64,000 nt of DNA from Actibacterium sp. 188UL27-1. Its GTDB lineage: Bacteria > Pseudomonadota > Alphaproteobacteria > Rhodobacterales > Rhodobacteraceae. The translations under genes were made by a program, and so were the position numbers. Shown here in pieces: positions 21,405-31,427 of this stretch. A model generated the notes under the pieces. The model had not been told where the DNA came from. It searched no databases and saw only the letters and a list, made by a program, of their open reading frames with translations. The first letter of the stretch is position 1. Every line of letters begins with the position of its first letter. The stretch is taken from contig NZ_JAFEUL010000001.1 of NCBI RefSeq assembly GCF_016901225.1, forward strand, positions 174,773-238,772. The letters run 5' to 3'.

Positions 21405-23491
21405 TCCGCAGCAACCTTGTGCAGGGGGCGGTTTTTCTTACGTGCGGCCAGGATCAGCGGCACGCATTGCTTTTTGTCGTCGTGGATCGTCACGCAATCC
21501 AGGCAACCGAAGCATTCCGAATACTGAACCTCTCCGCTCGCCTTGATGGCGCCGTAGTTGCATTTGACCTTGCACAATTGACACGGGGAGCCGCATTCGG
21601 TTCTGCGCGCGATCCAATCGCGGCCCCGGATCAAACCGCCGATGGCCATCACGGCACCAAGTGGGCACAGATAGCGGCAAAAGCCCTTGAACAGCACCGC
21701 ACCCAGCACCAGCCAAAGCACGGCATAGGCGACGTAGTACCATTCCCGGATGAAGAAGGTGGTGATGGCCGTCTTGAAGGGTTCGATCTCTGCCGCCTTG
21801 TCCACATGGCTGGGGGCAAAGAAGACCACGCCCAACAGCCCGGCCAGCGCCACATATTTCAGGTATTTCAGGCGGGCATCCCACAGGGCCGACGGTTCAA
21901 TCTGCGGAAGGCGCAACACGCGGCCGATATGGTGCGCGAATTCCTGCAACGCCCCAAACGGGCAAAGCCAGCCGCAAAAGAGGCCGCGCCCCCAGAGAAC
22001 GAAGCCCAGGATGGCCACCGCCCAGATGATAAGGCTGAATGGATCATAAAGAAGAAAGGCAAAGCTGCCCCATTCAACCGTCGTGCGGATCACGCCAAGC
22101 ACTGTGACGATGGACAGTTGCCCTTGTCCCCACCAGCCGATGAAACCTGTCACCGCGGCCAGAATGCCGAGCCGGATCGGGGTGAAATAGCGGGTGCCAG
22201 CCAGCGCATTCATGCGGACCCCAAGCAGCAGTATCAGGGCTGTCAGGAACAACCCGACAACGATCATGTCAGCCTGCCTGTTGCGCAACGCGTCCAGCCA
22301 GGGCGGGACCTGTTCGACCACGCTGGGGCGCAGATAGAACCGCTCATCCGTTGCGTGTGGCGCATCAAGGATGACTGAGCCTGTTTCAGGCTGGAACATC
22401 CCGTGTTCGCGCGTGGCCTGGACCTTCAATACCCATTCTGCGGTGGGATCAAAGCCCAGCCGCCGGTCGGTGCGCAGGATCATCGCGGCGCCGTCCTGCA
22501 ATGCGATCGGAATACTGTCGTTCAGTTCGACCAGTAGGTCGGCATCCCGCAATGCTATAGGAAAGCCGGACTGTTCGGCAGTGATCCAGTCAGGCGCGGT
22601 GTTGCGCACGAAATCCTCCGAGACCAGGCCATGGCGGCCCGTATCGATCACCAGGATGGGCTCATCACTGGTTGAGATGGACATGAAATCCTGGAGGTCG
22701 GAAAAGCCATCTTCGCTGAGCACCGCGCGGGCGATGGCGGGTGGACCCAGGTCAATCAACCAAAGGTCCAAATATGTGCCATCGGGATCGGCGCGTGCCT
22801 CGGGGTCGTCGTTTTCCCACAGCGTCCCGGCGAAACGTTCGTCAATCTCGGCATTGGTCAGATGGATGTTGGTGGCCAGCCCCTGATCGACCAGTTCGGC
22901 CCATGTCAGCGCCTCGTCGTAGTCGACATTTGGATGGGCGGGAGGCCCGGTTGATATCCCTTGCATCTTTTCCCGCGCGACCTGCAAAGCGGCGGCCAGC
23001 AGGCTTTCATGGGCGATGCGGACGCTGGCCGTGGCTTTGGTCACCCCATCCAGATAGATCAGTTGGCCGCCATCACCGCCACCGCCATAGGGCGTCCCCA
23101 CCACCAGGCTGTCCGAGATCGAATGCCCACGATATTGTTCAAAAAACTTGTGGAATGGGGCTTCACCCAGGCCCGAGACAAAGATCGGTTCGTTATGTTC
23201 GATCAGGCGCACATCAAGGAAGCGCCCTTCCAGATCCAAGATGACCAGCATGTTGATCGGCGCACCGGAAAAGCCCGGTAAGGGTGCCATCGGTTGGGTC
23301 TCGAACACATAACCAGCTTCGGCGCCGCCGGAATTGCGCAGGGACCAGACGCCCTGATCGTTCAGCGGCTCGCCCAGGGCATAGGGCGGTACGATCAGTG
23401 GGGCGATCTGGTCACGGGTCAGGGTTTCGGCCCGGGCCAGACCCAGACACAGGGCCAGCCAACACAATGATATGGCCAACAGACGCCACAT
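21401..23491 (-). CDS. NosR/NirI family regulator (periplasmic FMN-binding domain, polytopic membrane region, two C-terminal [4Fe-4S] clusters)
   Basis: Multiple TM helices, a CGWLCPFGALQE/CRYLCPLGAV motif pair, and a C-terminal ferredoxin segment CGSPCQLCKVKC...CFGCLDC. Start MWRLLAIS at 23491. Confidence 0.8.
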   Translation of the reverse strand: MWRLLAISLCWLALCLGLARAETLTRDQIAPLIVPPYALGEPLNDQGVWSLRNSGGAEAGYVFETQPMAPLPGFSGAPINMLVILDLEGRFLDVRLIEHNEPIFVSGLGEAPFHKFFEQYRGHSISDSLVVGTPYGGGGDGGQLIYLDGVTKATASVRIAHESLLAAALQVAREKMQGISTGPPAHPNVDYDEALTWAELVDQGLATNIHLTNAEIDERFAGTLWENDDPEARADPDGTYLDLWLIDLGPPAIARAVLSEDGFSDLQDFMSISTSDEPILVIDTGRHGLVSEDFVRNTAPDWITAEQSGFPIALRDADLLVELNDSIPIALQDGAAMILRTDRRLGFDPTAEWVLKVQATREHGMFQPETGSVILDAPHATDERFYLRPSVVEQVPPWLDALRNRQADMIVVGLFLTALILLLGVRMNALAGTRYFTPIRLGILAAVTGFIGWWGQGQLSIVTVLGVIRTTVEWGSFAFLLYDPFSLIIWAVAILGFVLWGRGLFCGWLCPFGALQEFAHHIGRVLRLPQIEPSALWDARLKYLKYVALAGLLGVVFFAPSHVDKAAEIEPFKTAITTFFIREWYYVAYAVLWLVLGAVLFKGFCRYLCPLGAVMAIGGLIRGRDWIARRTECGSPCQLCKVKCNYGAIKASGEVQYSECFGCLDCVTIHDDKKQCVPLILAARKKNRPLHKVAAE

Positions 23492-23629
23492 GGTCAGGTC
23501 CGAAGCAGATACAACACAATCATATGCAGAGCGTATGCAATGGCCGGTGACCTGTCCCATGGGACAAAGGTCGCAAACCGCTGGCCGGGTTATCACGACT
23601 GTGTCAGCGTAATGACGGGAGGATGGGCC

Positions 23630-24391
23630 ATGACACAGGCGACCGGGCCGGTGCCCACGTTGCTATCTTTGCTGGGTCTGGGACTGCTTTGGACAGTCGC
23701 AGCCGCGGGGTTGGATGATCCCGATGTACTGCCCGGCCCGATGGCGGTTTGGCAGGTCATCGTGACAGAGGCAGCGCGCGGCGTCTTGTGGGAGCATCTG
23801 CTGGCCACGTTGGGCCGGGTGGTCGCCGCCTTTACCCTGGCCATGGGATTGGGCAGCATTCTGGGTGTGCTGCTGGGGCAGTCGCACCTGTTGGACCGGT
23901 GGCTTTTCCCGTGGGTGTCTGTGTTTTTGAACCTGCCGGCGTTGGTCGTAATCGTGCTGTGCTACCTTTGGATCGGCTTGAACGAGGTCGCGGCGATTGC
24001 TGCGGTTGCCATCAACAAGACCGCAATGGTGGCCGTGACCTTGCGTGAAGGGGTGCGATCGCTGGATCACCGACTGTCTGAAATGGCGCAGGTTCAGCGG
24101 ATGAGTTGGCCCCAGCGTATGCGGCACGTTCTGTTTCCGCAGCTTTGGCCATTTGTCGCCACCGCCATGCGAAACGGGTTGGCCGTGATCTGGAAGATCG
24201 TGCTGGTGGTCGAGTTTCTGGGCCGGTCAAATGGAGTCGGTTTCCAGATCCATCTGTATTTCCAGCTCTTCGATACGGTGACCGTGCTGGCCTATTCGCT
24301 CAGTTTTGTGGCGGTCATGCTGGTGATCGAATACGCGTTCTTGCAACCGTGGGAGATCCGGGCGCGGGCCTGGCAGGCCCGCACAAACTAG
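23630..24391 (+). CDS. ABC transporter permease (NitT/TauT-like family)
   Basis: Six-TM permease with an EAA-like loop region. Strong SD GGGAGGA sits before the ATG at 23630. No cognate ATPase or substrate-binding protein lies adjacent. Confidence 0.75.
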   Translation: MTQATGPVPTLLSLLGLGLLWTVAAAGLDDPDVLPGPMAVWQVIVTEAARGVLWEHLLATLGRVVAAFTLAMGLGSILGVLLGQSHLLDRWLFPWVSVFLNLPALVVIVLCYLWIGLNEVAAIAAVAINKTAMVAVTLREGVRSLDHRLSEMAQVQRMSWPQRMRHVLFPQLWPFVATAMRNGLAVIWKIVLVVEFLGRSNGVGFQIHLYFQLFDTVTVLAYSLSFVAVMLVIEYAFLQPWEIRARAWQARTN

Positions 24392-25266
24392 GCCCCAAAG
24401 CCGTAAAGCTGTGCGGGATTGTCCACCAGGATGCGCATGCGGGTCGCTGCATCGGGCGCCCAGTCTGGCAGCAGGTTCAAGAGCACCCCGGCATCTGGAA
24501 GGCCCGCATCCGCCAGCATCAGATGTGGCCAGTCAGAGCCCCAAAGGCACCGTTCGGGATTGGCGGCGAGCAGGGCGCGGGCAAAGGGTGCCGCGGCTTT
24601 GTAGGGCGCATCACACAGCCTGTAGGGGGCGGAAAGCTTGACCCATGCCAGCCCCTCGGCCAGCAACTGACACAACGCCTGAAATCCCGGTTCGCCGGGG
24701 CCAAGGCTTAGATCCGGCCATCCCATATGATCGAAACATACCGGGACGGGCAGATCGCGGATATGATCGGCCAGTTCGACCATATGTTGGTGAGTATGGA
24801 CCAGCATCTGCACATGCATCCCGCGCTTTGCCAAGGCGGGGGCCAGCGCCTGAACGCCGGACCAACTGAGCACTCCACCATGGACATAATTCAACCGCAC
24901 GCCGACCACCCCGCCTGCCACCAGGGGATCCAAGTCAGTGGCCGGTGCGTCATCGGGGACAAGGCCGATCCCACGTGTCACATCCCGCCCCAGGGCATCG
25001 ATACTGGCCAGGGTCAATGCGTTGTCGGCACCATAAAGGATCGAGTGGACAATGATCCGGCGGCTCAAACCCATTTGCTTGTGGTGACGCTCCAGCCGCT
25101 CCACCCATTTCTCGAATGTGCCGGGCGCGGGGTCTTCGACCCGCGTCAATGATAATGGAAAGTCGTCAGCCACCATGTGGAGATGACTGTCACAGGCCAG
25201 GGGCGGCACCTCAAAGTTCGGGGAACTTGGGACGTCAAAGGGAGGGAGTGCGACGGGTTTGGTCAA
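24388..25266 (-). CDS. Amidohydrolase 2 family protein (LigI-like metal-dependent hydrolase)
   Basis: CDSHLHM metal-binding motif and PF04909-like length and pattern. Confidence 0.75.
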   Translation of the reverse strand: MTKPVALPPFDVPSSPNFEVPPLACDSHLHMVADDFPLSLTRVEDPAPGTFEKWVERLERHHKQMGLSRRIIVHSILYGADNALTLASIDALGRDVTRGIGLVPDDAPATDLDPLVAGGVVGVRLNYVHGGVLSWSGVQALAPALAKRGMHVQMLVHTHQHMVELADHIRDLPVPVCFDHMGWPDLSLGPGEPGFQALCQLLAEGLAWVKLSAPYRLCDAPYKAAAPFARALLAANPERCLWGSDWPHLMLADAGLPDAGVLLNLLPDWAPDAATRMRILVDNPAQLYGFGA

Positions 25267-26354
25267 GGTCTGTCTTTCGGAGCCTCTGCTGCGGAAAAGT
25301 ATCGCCGCGTCAGGCGGAAAACGAAAGGTGTGCTAAAGATCACCAGCGCGATGCGCACCACATGGGTAACCGCCACATAGGCCACATCCTGGCCCATGGC
25401 GAAGGCCAGGAGGCTCATCTCTGTCAGACCACCGGGGGAGAAGGCGAGGAAGGCTTGCGCCATGTCTGTCTGGGTCAGCGCAGCAATCACCCCGGCAAAG
25501 ATCACGGCGACCGCGATCATCGCGATAGATGCCATGAAGCCCAACCGCAAATCACCCCAGATCTCCGCCAGCGTCGTCCCCTGGAAGCGACACCCGATGA
25601 CGGTGCCGATGACAATCTGTGCGACGATGACGAGCAGGGTCGGCGGTGGAACACTGACCAGCGGCACCAGATGAACCGCCGCGCTTAGGATCATTGGCCC
25701 CAGCATGGTGGCGGCGGGCAATCGCAGCACCTTGCCCATCCAGACGCCAGCAATCCCGCACAGGATCAGGATGACCCCATCAATAAAGGTCAGATCGCCG
25801 AACTGGACGTACGCGTCATCGGTATTCTGCCCGCGCACCCCCAGAAAAAGGCCAAAGAACAACGCGACACAAGTGATGACAATCAGGATCCGCCCGGCAT
25901 GGGCCAAGGCGATCCGGCGGCCATCACCGCCCGCCTCATCACCCAGGATCAGCATCTCGTTCAGCCCTCCGGGCATCGCAGAGAAAAAGGCGGTAACCGG
26001 ATCATAGCCGCCAATCCGGCGATAGATCACGAATGACACGGTCGCTGCGCAGACCATGAACGGGATGAGCAAGGCAAAGGTCATGCCCCAGCTTGCGATC
26101 TGTGCTGCCATATCGGGCGAGAACCCGGCCCCCAGCATGACCCCGATGATGGGGATCACAATGATCCGCAAGTTGCCTGGTGCGCTTAGCGGGATACGGG
26201 CCAAGGCGGCGAGCGTGTTGCCGATCATCGGCCCGAGCATCCAGGGCAAGGGGAGCCCGATGCGTGCCGCCACTGCGCCGCTGATCAGGCCGACCAGCAA
26301 CGCGCCGATGATCGGAATGCCCGGGGCTGGTCTGATATGTGCTGCCACCGCCAT
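25263..26354 (-). CDS. AbrB family membrane protein (AbrB duplication)
   Basis: Polytopic membrane protein with an internally duplicated architecture. It overlaps the downstream amidohydrolase start by 4 nt. Confidence 0.7.
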   Translation of the reverse strand: MAVAAHIRPAPGIPIIGALLVGLISGAVAARIGLPLPWMLGPMIGNTLAALARIPLSAPGNLRIIVIPIIGVMLGAGFSPDMAAQIASWGMTFALLIPFMVCAATVSFVIYRRIGGYDPVTAFFSAMPGGLNEMLILGDEAGGDGRRIALAHAGRILIVITCVALFFGLFLGVRGQNTDDAYVQFGDLTFIDGVILILCGIAGVWMGKVLRLPAATMLGPMILSAAVHLVPLVSVPPPTLLVIVAQIVIGTVIGCRFQGTTLAEIWGDLRLGFMASIAMIAVAVIFAGVIAALTQTDMAQAFLAFSPGGLTEMSLLAFAMGQDVAYVAVTHVVRIALVIFSTPFVFRLTRRYFSAAEAPKDRP

Positions 26355-26403
26355 GGCCGGGTGGTCGCATGGTGCGCCGGGCAGGGCAATCGCAGAACCG
26401 CCG

Positions 26404-26803
26404 TCAGCCGCGTCCGCGATCGGTATTCAGCCCCGGATCGGGATCGGGGCTCAACGCCTGGCCAAAGGCGATCCGGTGACCATCGGGATCGACCACGTCG
26501 AAATCGATGCAGCCGTAATGGCTGGGATGGTGCATGCGCGTCGTCTCGATATTCTGTGCGTCGAATTCGGTCTGCAGGGCATCGGCGTCATCGACATAGA
26601 TGTAGGCGGCCCACCATTGATTGTTCGGAGCCGGGGCATCGCCACGATCAAGCGCTAGTGTGACGTCGCTCCGCTGTATGATGCAAAAGCCTGGCGGATC
26701 ACCCCAGGGCGCCGTGGCTGGCAAATCCCAGTCGCGTGTAGAACGCCACGGATCGGTCGATATCGGTCACTTGGAGAACGGGCATTGCGCGCAAGGTTGC
26801 CAT
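26404..26803 (-). pseudogene. VOC (glyoxalase/bleomycin-resistance) family gene interrupted by a frameshift
   Basis: N-terminal MATLRAMPVLQVTDIDRSVAFYTRLGF is in one frame and the C-terminal PPGFCIIQRSDVTLALDRGD...DPDGHRIAFGQAL in another. The two frames overlap at about 26700-26724, and the 400-nt span is not a multiple of 3. Confidence 0.55.
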
Positions 26804-26840
26804 GGTCAACTCGGTTTTGATTTTGGATGTCTCCTGTCGG

Positions 26841-27725
26841 TCAGGATAACTCTTCGGCCAGTATATCAAAAACGATGCGGATGCGGCGGCTGTTATGCAA
26901 TTCGCGATGGGTGACCAGCCAAACCGGGAACGGGACAGGATCTGCGTCCGGCAGGACCGGTTCCAGATCCGGATCAGTCGTCGCAAACATGTCTGGCAGC
27001 AATCCGATGCCCAATCCTTCGCGGATCATATGGTGCATCACGGTGCCGCTGGCGGACACGATGCTGAACGCGTCTTCCGATACAGGCAGGCCGAATGCGG
27101 CGACCATTTCGGCAAAGCGTTCTGTGCGTTCATAGGCCAAGATATCGGTAGGGTGCAGATCCGACGGTTTAAGGGGGCGCCCCCGCTGATCCAGATACGC
27201 TGTGCTGGCATAGGGCCGCGCCGTCGCATCCGGCAAGCGCTTGGCGATCAGGTCGGATTGCGTGGGTTCCGCATGGCGGATGGCGATATCAGCCTCGCGC
27301 CGCAGCAGGTCACGGATGTCATCGGCCGCAATAATATCAAGTGTGATCCCCGGTGCGGTCGCACGAATTTTTGCGATGATCGGTGGCAGGCGATAGGAGG
27401 CCATCATCTCTGCCGCCGTGATGACCACGCGCCCTTCGATCTGCTGTGACTGGCCAGAGGCGCCGAGGGAAATGCGGCTGGCCGCGTCACCCATTGCCCG
27501 GAAATGGTCCAGCAGGTCGATGCCTGATTGCGTCAGGGTAAGGGTGCGTCCCACCCGTTCGAACAGGATCACACCTAGATCCTGCTCCAGCGCGGCCACC
27601 TGGCGGCTCAGCGTCGGTTGGGTCTGGCCCAGGGCGCGGGCCGCCGCAGACAGAGAGCCTTCTTCGGCGGTGGCGAGAAAGGCCCGCGCCTGGTTCCAGT
27701 CAAAGGCGATACTTTTCCAGTTCAT
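26841..27725 (-). CDS. LysR family transcriptional regulator
   Basis: N-terminal HTH WNQARAFLATAEEGSLSAAARALGQTQPTLSRQVAALE. It is divergent from a methyltransferase gene. Confidence 0.88.
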   Translation of the reverse strand: MNWKSIAFDWNQARAFLATAEEGSLSAAARALGQTQPTLSRQVAALEQDLGVILFERVGRTLTLTQSGIDLLDHFRAMGDAASRISLGASGQSQQIEGRVVITAAEMMASYRLPPIIAKIRATAPGITLDIIAADDIRDLLRREADIAIRHAEPTQSDLIAKRLPDATARPYASTAYLDQRGRPLKPSDLHPTDILAYERTERFAEMVAAFGLPVSEDAFSIVSASGTVMHHMIREGLGIGLLPDMFATTDPDLEPVLPDADPVPFPVWLVTHRELHNSRRIRIVFDILAEELS

Positions 27726-27855
27726 CTATTTTCGTATATCCAACCGACGAATTTCCGCAATTTCTTTTTGATTTTCGTATGAGTAGGAAAACGCATATCG
27801 TGTTGGGCCAAGTGTCCAGCAGCTTCGCAATCGCACCAGACCGGATTTTCAGAAT

Positions 27856-28497
27856 ATGACGGATCAAGGCATGTCACCCCCCCGCTCCAGCCGTTTTTGG
27901 GACCGTATGGCGCCCCGCTATTCCCGCCTCCCCATCGCGGACGAGGCCGCGTATCGGCGCAAGCTTGATATCACGCAATCCTATCTGCGCCCCGATATGG
28001 ATGTGTTTGAGTTCGGATGCGGCACTGGATCCACCGCGCTGGTCCATGCGCCTTTCGTCCGGCACATCCAGGCCACCGATTTGTCCCAGGCAATGCTCAA
28101 GATTGCACAGGACAAGGCCGCGGCGGCTGGCGTGACCAATGTCAGCTTTTCCCATGCCGCGATCGAGGATTGGATACCAGGCGACACCGGCTATGACATG
28201 GTGTTGGGTTTGAGCATCTTGCATCTTCTCGAAGATAAAGAAGCCGCCTTGGCCAAATGCCACCGAATGCTGAAACCCGGGGGCCTATTGGTCAGCAGCA
28301 CGGTTTGCCTGAAGGAAACGATGCCGTATTTCAAGCTGATCGCACCCTTGGGAAAGGCCTTGGGGTTGATGCCAACCTTGCGGGTGTTCACGTGCGATGA
28401 GTTGGCGCGCAACATAATGGCGGCCGGTTTCGGGATCGAGCATCGCTGGCAACCCACCCGCAGCAAGGCGGTGTTCATCGTGGCGCGCAAGATCTGA
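27856..28497 (+). CDS. Class I SAM-dependent methyltransferase
   Basis: Motif I VFEFGCGTGS. Confidence 0.8.
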   Translation: MTDQGMSPPRSSRFWDRMAPRYSRLPIADEAAYRRKLDITQSYLRPDMDVFEFGCGTGSTALVHAPFVRHIQATDLSQAMLKIAQDKAAAAGVTNVSFSHAAIEDWIPGDTGYDMVLGLSILHLLEDKEAALAKCHRMLKPGGLLVSSTVCLKETMPYFKLIAPLGKALGLMPTLRVFTCDELARNIMAAGFGIEHRWQPTRSKAVFIVARKI

Positions 28498-28587
28498 CCA
28501 GCCGGCGGGCCCCTGCGACGATCCGAACGGCTTTACCGAATGGGTCCGCCGCGCTACACCACGCTCCGGGGTAACGGGAGAGCGACC

Positions 28588-29820
28588 ATGGCCAACGATC
28601 TGTTCAACAGCTTCATGACCGGACCGGATGAAAAGGGCCGGTTTGGCCAGTTTGGTGGGCGGTTCGTGTCGGAAACGCTGATGCCGCTGATCCTGGATCT
28701 GGAGGCCGAATACGAGAAGGCCAAGACAGATGACAGCTTTTGGGCCGAGATGGACGACCTGTGGACCCATTATGTGGGCCGCCCCAGCCCGATGTATTTT
28801 GCCGAACGCCTGACCACGCATCTGGGTGGCGCCAAGATCTACATGAAGCGGGATGAACTGAACCATACCGGCGCGCACAAGATCAACAACGTGCTGGGGC
28901 AAATCTTGCTCGCCCGCCGGATGGGCAAAAAACGCATCATCGCGGAAACAGGTGCGGGGCAACATGGCGTGGCCACCGCCACGGTCTGTGCGCGGTTTGG
29001 CCTGCAATGCGTGGTTTATATGGGTGCCCATGATGTGGAACGTCAGGCGCCGAATGTGTTCCGCATGAAGCTGTTGGGCGCCAAGGTAGTGCCCGTCACC
29101 TCTGGCCGGGGCACCCTGAAGGACGCCATGAACGACGCCCTACGCGACTGGGTCACCAATGTCCGCGACACATTCTATTGCATTGGCACCGTGGCAGGCC
29201 CGCATCCCTATCCCGCCATGGTCCGCGACTTTCAGTCAATCATCGGTAAGGAAGCCAAGGCGCAACTGCAGGAACGCGAAGGCCGGTTGCCCGACACGAT
29301 CATTGCGGCCATCGGCGGGGGCTCCAACGCGATGGGCCTGTTCTACCCGTTCCTCGATGACAAGGAGGTTAACATCATCGGGGTCGAGGCTGGCGGCAAA
29401 GGTGTGAACGCCAAGATGGAGCATTGCGCGTCGCTCACCGGCGGTCGCCCCGGCGTGCTCCATGGCAATCGCACCTATCTGCTGCAGGATGACGATGGCC
29501 AGATCCTGGAGGGGTTCAGCATTTCCGCCGGGCTTGATTATCCGGGCATCGGGCCGGAGCATTCCTGGCTGCATGATATTGGCCGCGCGCGATATGTTAG
29601 CATCACTGACACAGAGGCGTTAGAGGCGTTTCAGCTGTGCTGCGAGCAAGAGGGTATCATCCCGGCATTAGAGCCCTCTCACGCTTTGGCCCATGTCATG
29701 AAGATCGCCCCAGACCTGCCCGCCGATCACCTGATCTGCATGAACATGTGCGGCCGCGGCGACAAAGACATCTTCACCGTCGCCAAGGCCCTCGGCGTCG
29801 AAATGGATGCTGGCGGCTGA
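28588..29820 (+). CDS. trpB: Tryptophan synthase beta chain
   Basis: [27 protein letters not shown]... and the PLP-lysine region HTGAHKINN, in a 410-aa protein. Confidence 0.93.
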   Translation: MANDLFNSFMTGPDEKGRFGQFGGRFVSETLMPLILDLEAEYEKAKTDDSFWAEMDDLWTHYVGRPSPMYFAERLTTHLGGAKIYMKRDELNHTGAHKINNVLGQILLARRMGKKRIIAETGAGQHGVATATVCARFGLQCVVYMGAHDVERQAPNVFRMKLLGAKVVPVTSGRGTLKDAMNDALRDWVTNVRDTFYCIGTVAGPHPYPAMVRDFQSIIGKEAKAQLQEREGRLPDTIIAAIGGGSNAMGLFYPFLDDKEVNIIGVEAGGKGVNAKMEHCASLTGGRPGVLHGNRTYLLQDDDGQILEGFSISAGLDYPGIGPEHSWLHDIGRARYVSITDTEALEAFQLCCEQEGIIPALEPSHALAHVMKIAPDLPADHLICMNMCGRGDKDIFTVAKALGVEMDAGG

Positions 29821-29868
29821 AGTCGTGCGTGGTTGCTCGCCCAGCGGGCGCGCAAAATTGGCAATGCG

Positions 29869-30603
29869 TTATAAACGATCGGCCAGCTTAAAAAGGTGAT
29901 CCTCGAACTCGGCGCACATGATGATTTCCACGGTTTCGGCGTCATAGAACGCATTGGACTCGCCGCAGCTTTCGACGGTGATCTGAAGGGGCGCCGATAG
30001 GCTCAGCATGGCGTTCAGATCTTCGACCTCCTGCGCCAAGATCTGCCCTGTTAGACTGTCGTCTCCGTCGAAAACCAGGGTTTCACCGGGCCCGCGATCG
30101 ACGAGTTCATCCAGAACAGTGCCCCAACTCGCCTCAGCCTGATCGAATTCGAACGGGCACTGCTCCGCACGTTCCTCTGGCAGATCGAGATCTGCGGCTA
30201 AATCGGCACGCGCATCGGGGTCGCCGCCGTAGAAAATGCAGATCGTGTTATAGAAGCGCTGTTCGTCGGGGCCGTGTTCGTCCCACCAGGCCACGTCTTC
30301 TTCATTCTCAAAGGCTAGATCCGCCTCGGCCCAAAACCCGAATGAGACGTCGTAGGCCAGGTCCTGGGCGGTCTCTTCCTCGAACAGGGCATGGATCATG
30401 AAGATCGAGAATGTGTCGGCGGCATCCTCCTCCTGCCCAAAGATTGGGACGCCTTCCAGGTCGATCACCGCATGACCAAGCTCATGGTAAAAGATGCCAA
30501 TGATGTTTCCCTCCACAAAGGCGTTCTGTTCCGCTTCCTCTGCCACGGCGGGACAGGCCAGCAACGCAAGGCTAAGCAACAGACGGGAAAGGCGCATGAT
30601 CAT
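29869..30603 (-). CDS. DUF4344-like putative secreted zinc metallopeptidase
   Basis: Signal peptide MRLSRLLLSLALLACPAVA and HELGH (HExxH) motif. The remainder is highly acidic. Confidence 0.6.
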   Translation of the reverse strand: MIMRLSRLLLSLALLACPAVAEEAEQNAFVEGNIIGIFYHELGHAVIDLEGVPIFGQEEDAADTFSIFMIHALFEEETAQDLAYDVSFGFWAEADLAFENEEDVAWWDEHGPDEQRFYNTICIFYGGDPDARADLAADLDLPEERAEQCPFEFDQAEASWGTVLDELVDRGPGETLVFDGDDSLTGQILAQEVEDLNAMLSLSAPLQITVESCGESNAFYDAETVEIIMCAEFEDHLFKLADRL

Positions 30604-30920
30604 TCTCGGTTTGTGACTGGCGAGCGCTTTGAAATATCCGCGAACAGGACAGCTTCGTCCAGGTGGTGCTTGGACGCTCATCGCCTGCCAGACTTTTCGA
30701 ATATTGCGTGAGCGTGAAATATTGTTGCGTAGATGCAACAGGGCGACGTTGGGTCAAGAGTACCGTTGCTCGAATCCCACGCCCCCGCGTATTCAGCGCG
30801 TCTCAGACGTCGTGTTTGGACCCTAGCGGATGGAACTCGCGGTTCGTCCGGTGCGGGGTGGCACTGCCGCTGCCGTATGCCAGGGCCAAAGAGGCTAAGG
30901 GGATGGTTTTAGGTACCATT

Positions 30921-30995
30921 TGGGATGTAGCTCATCGGTAGAGCAGTAGACATTTAATCTACGTGGAGCGGGTTCAATTCCCGTTATCTTGACCA
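30921..30995 (+). pseudogene. tRNA-like element (degenerate; tRNA-Lys(UUU)-like anticodon arm), probable tRNA pseudogene
   Basis: Cloverleaf by eye: D-arm GCTC-ATCGGTA-GAGC, anticodon arm GTAGA-CATTTAA-TCTAC, T-arm GCGGG-TTCAATT-CCCGT, and a 3' ACCA end. The acceptor stem pairs only through four G-U wobbles (TGGGATG/TATCTTG) and position 33 is A, not U. Confidence 0.4.
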
Positions 30996-31012
30996 GGTAC
31001 AGCGGCAACGCT

Positions 31013-31037
31013 GCAGGTTCGACTCCTGATCGCCCGA
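31013..31037 (+). other. Second tRNA 3'-end-like fragment (T-arm GCAGG-TTCGACT-CCTGA plus acceptor-like ATCGCCCG)
   Basis: A GGTTCGAcTCC T-loop signature lies 18 nt after the first element. No 5' half was found. Confidence 0.35.
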
Positions 31038-31427
31038 AAGGGCACCGGCCTTCCAAGCCGGACCGTATGAAAACGGTTCACATATTGGGTTCCGGGGTTG
31101 CCCCAGCAGGGGTGGCCTTGCGCTATGCGCGCCTTCGGGTGCGGGCGGCAACGGGCCTTCGCTGCTCTGCCCTTGGGCCGGGTGGCAGATGACGGCCGCG
31201 CAGCCTTGGGCCGGGCCGGGTGGATCTCGATCCGCCCCATGCCCCGCGCCAGGCCTGTAACGCCCGCTCTCTGTCGCTCCGCCCGACTGCATGGCGCGGG
31301 GCGGCCCCGGTTCTCTTTCCTGCTCGGTTCGGGGCATCACACCTGTCACCCAATTCCGGGTGCAACCCACTGACACAACAAAGGAGTTCGCGCTTTGCGA
31401 CGACGATAGGACCAAAGGAACAGATCA

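Noticed and set aside
30900-31420. Possibility that the tRNA-like pieces plus the following non-coding region form a permuted two-piece tmRNA (ssrA), as in alphaproteobacteria
   Set aside because: The first element has a full anticodon arm, which tmRNA lacks. I could not find a tag reading frame ending in ...AA-stop, nor a 5' acceptor strand complementary to either 3' acceptor segment.
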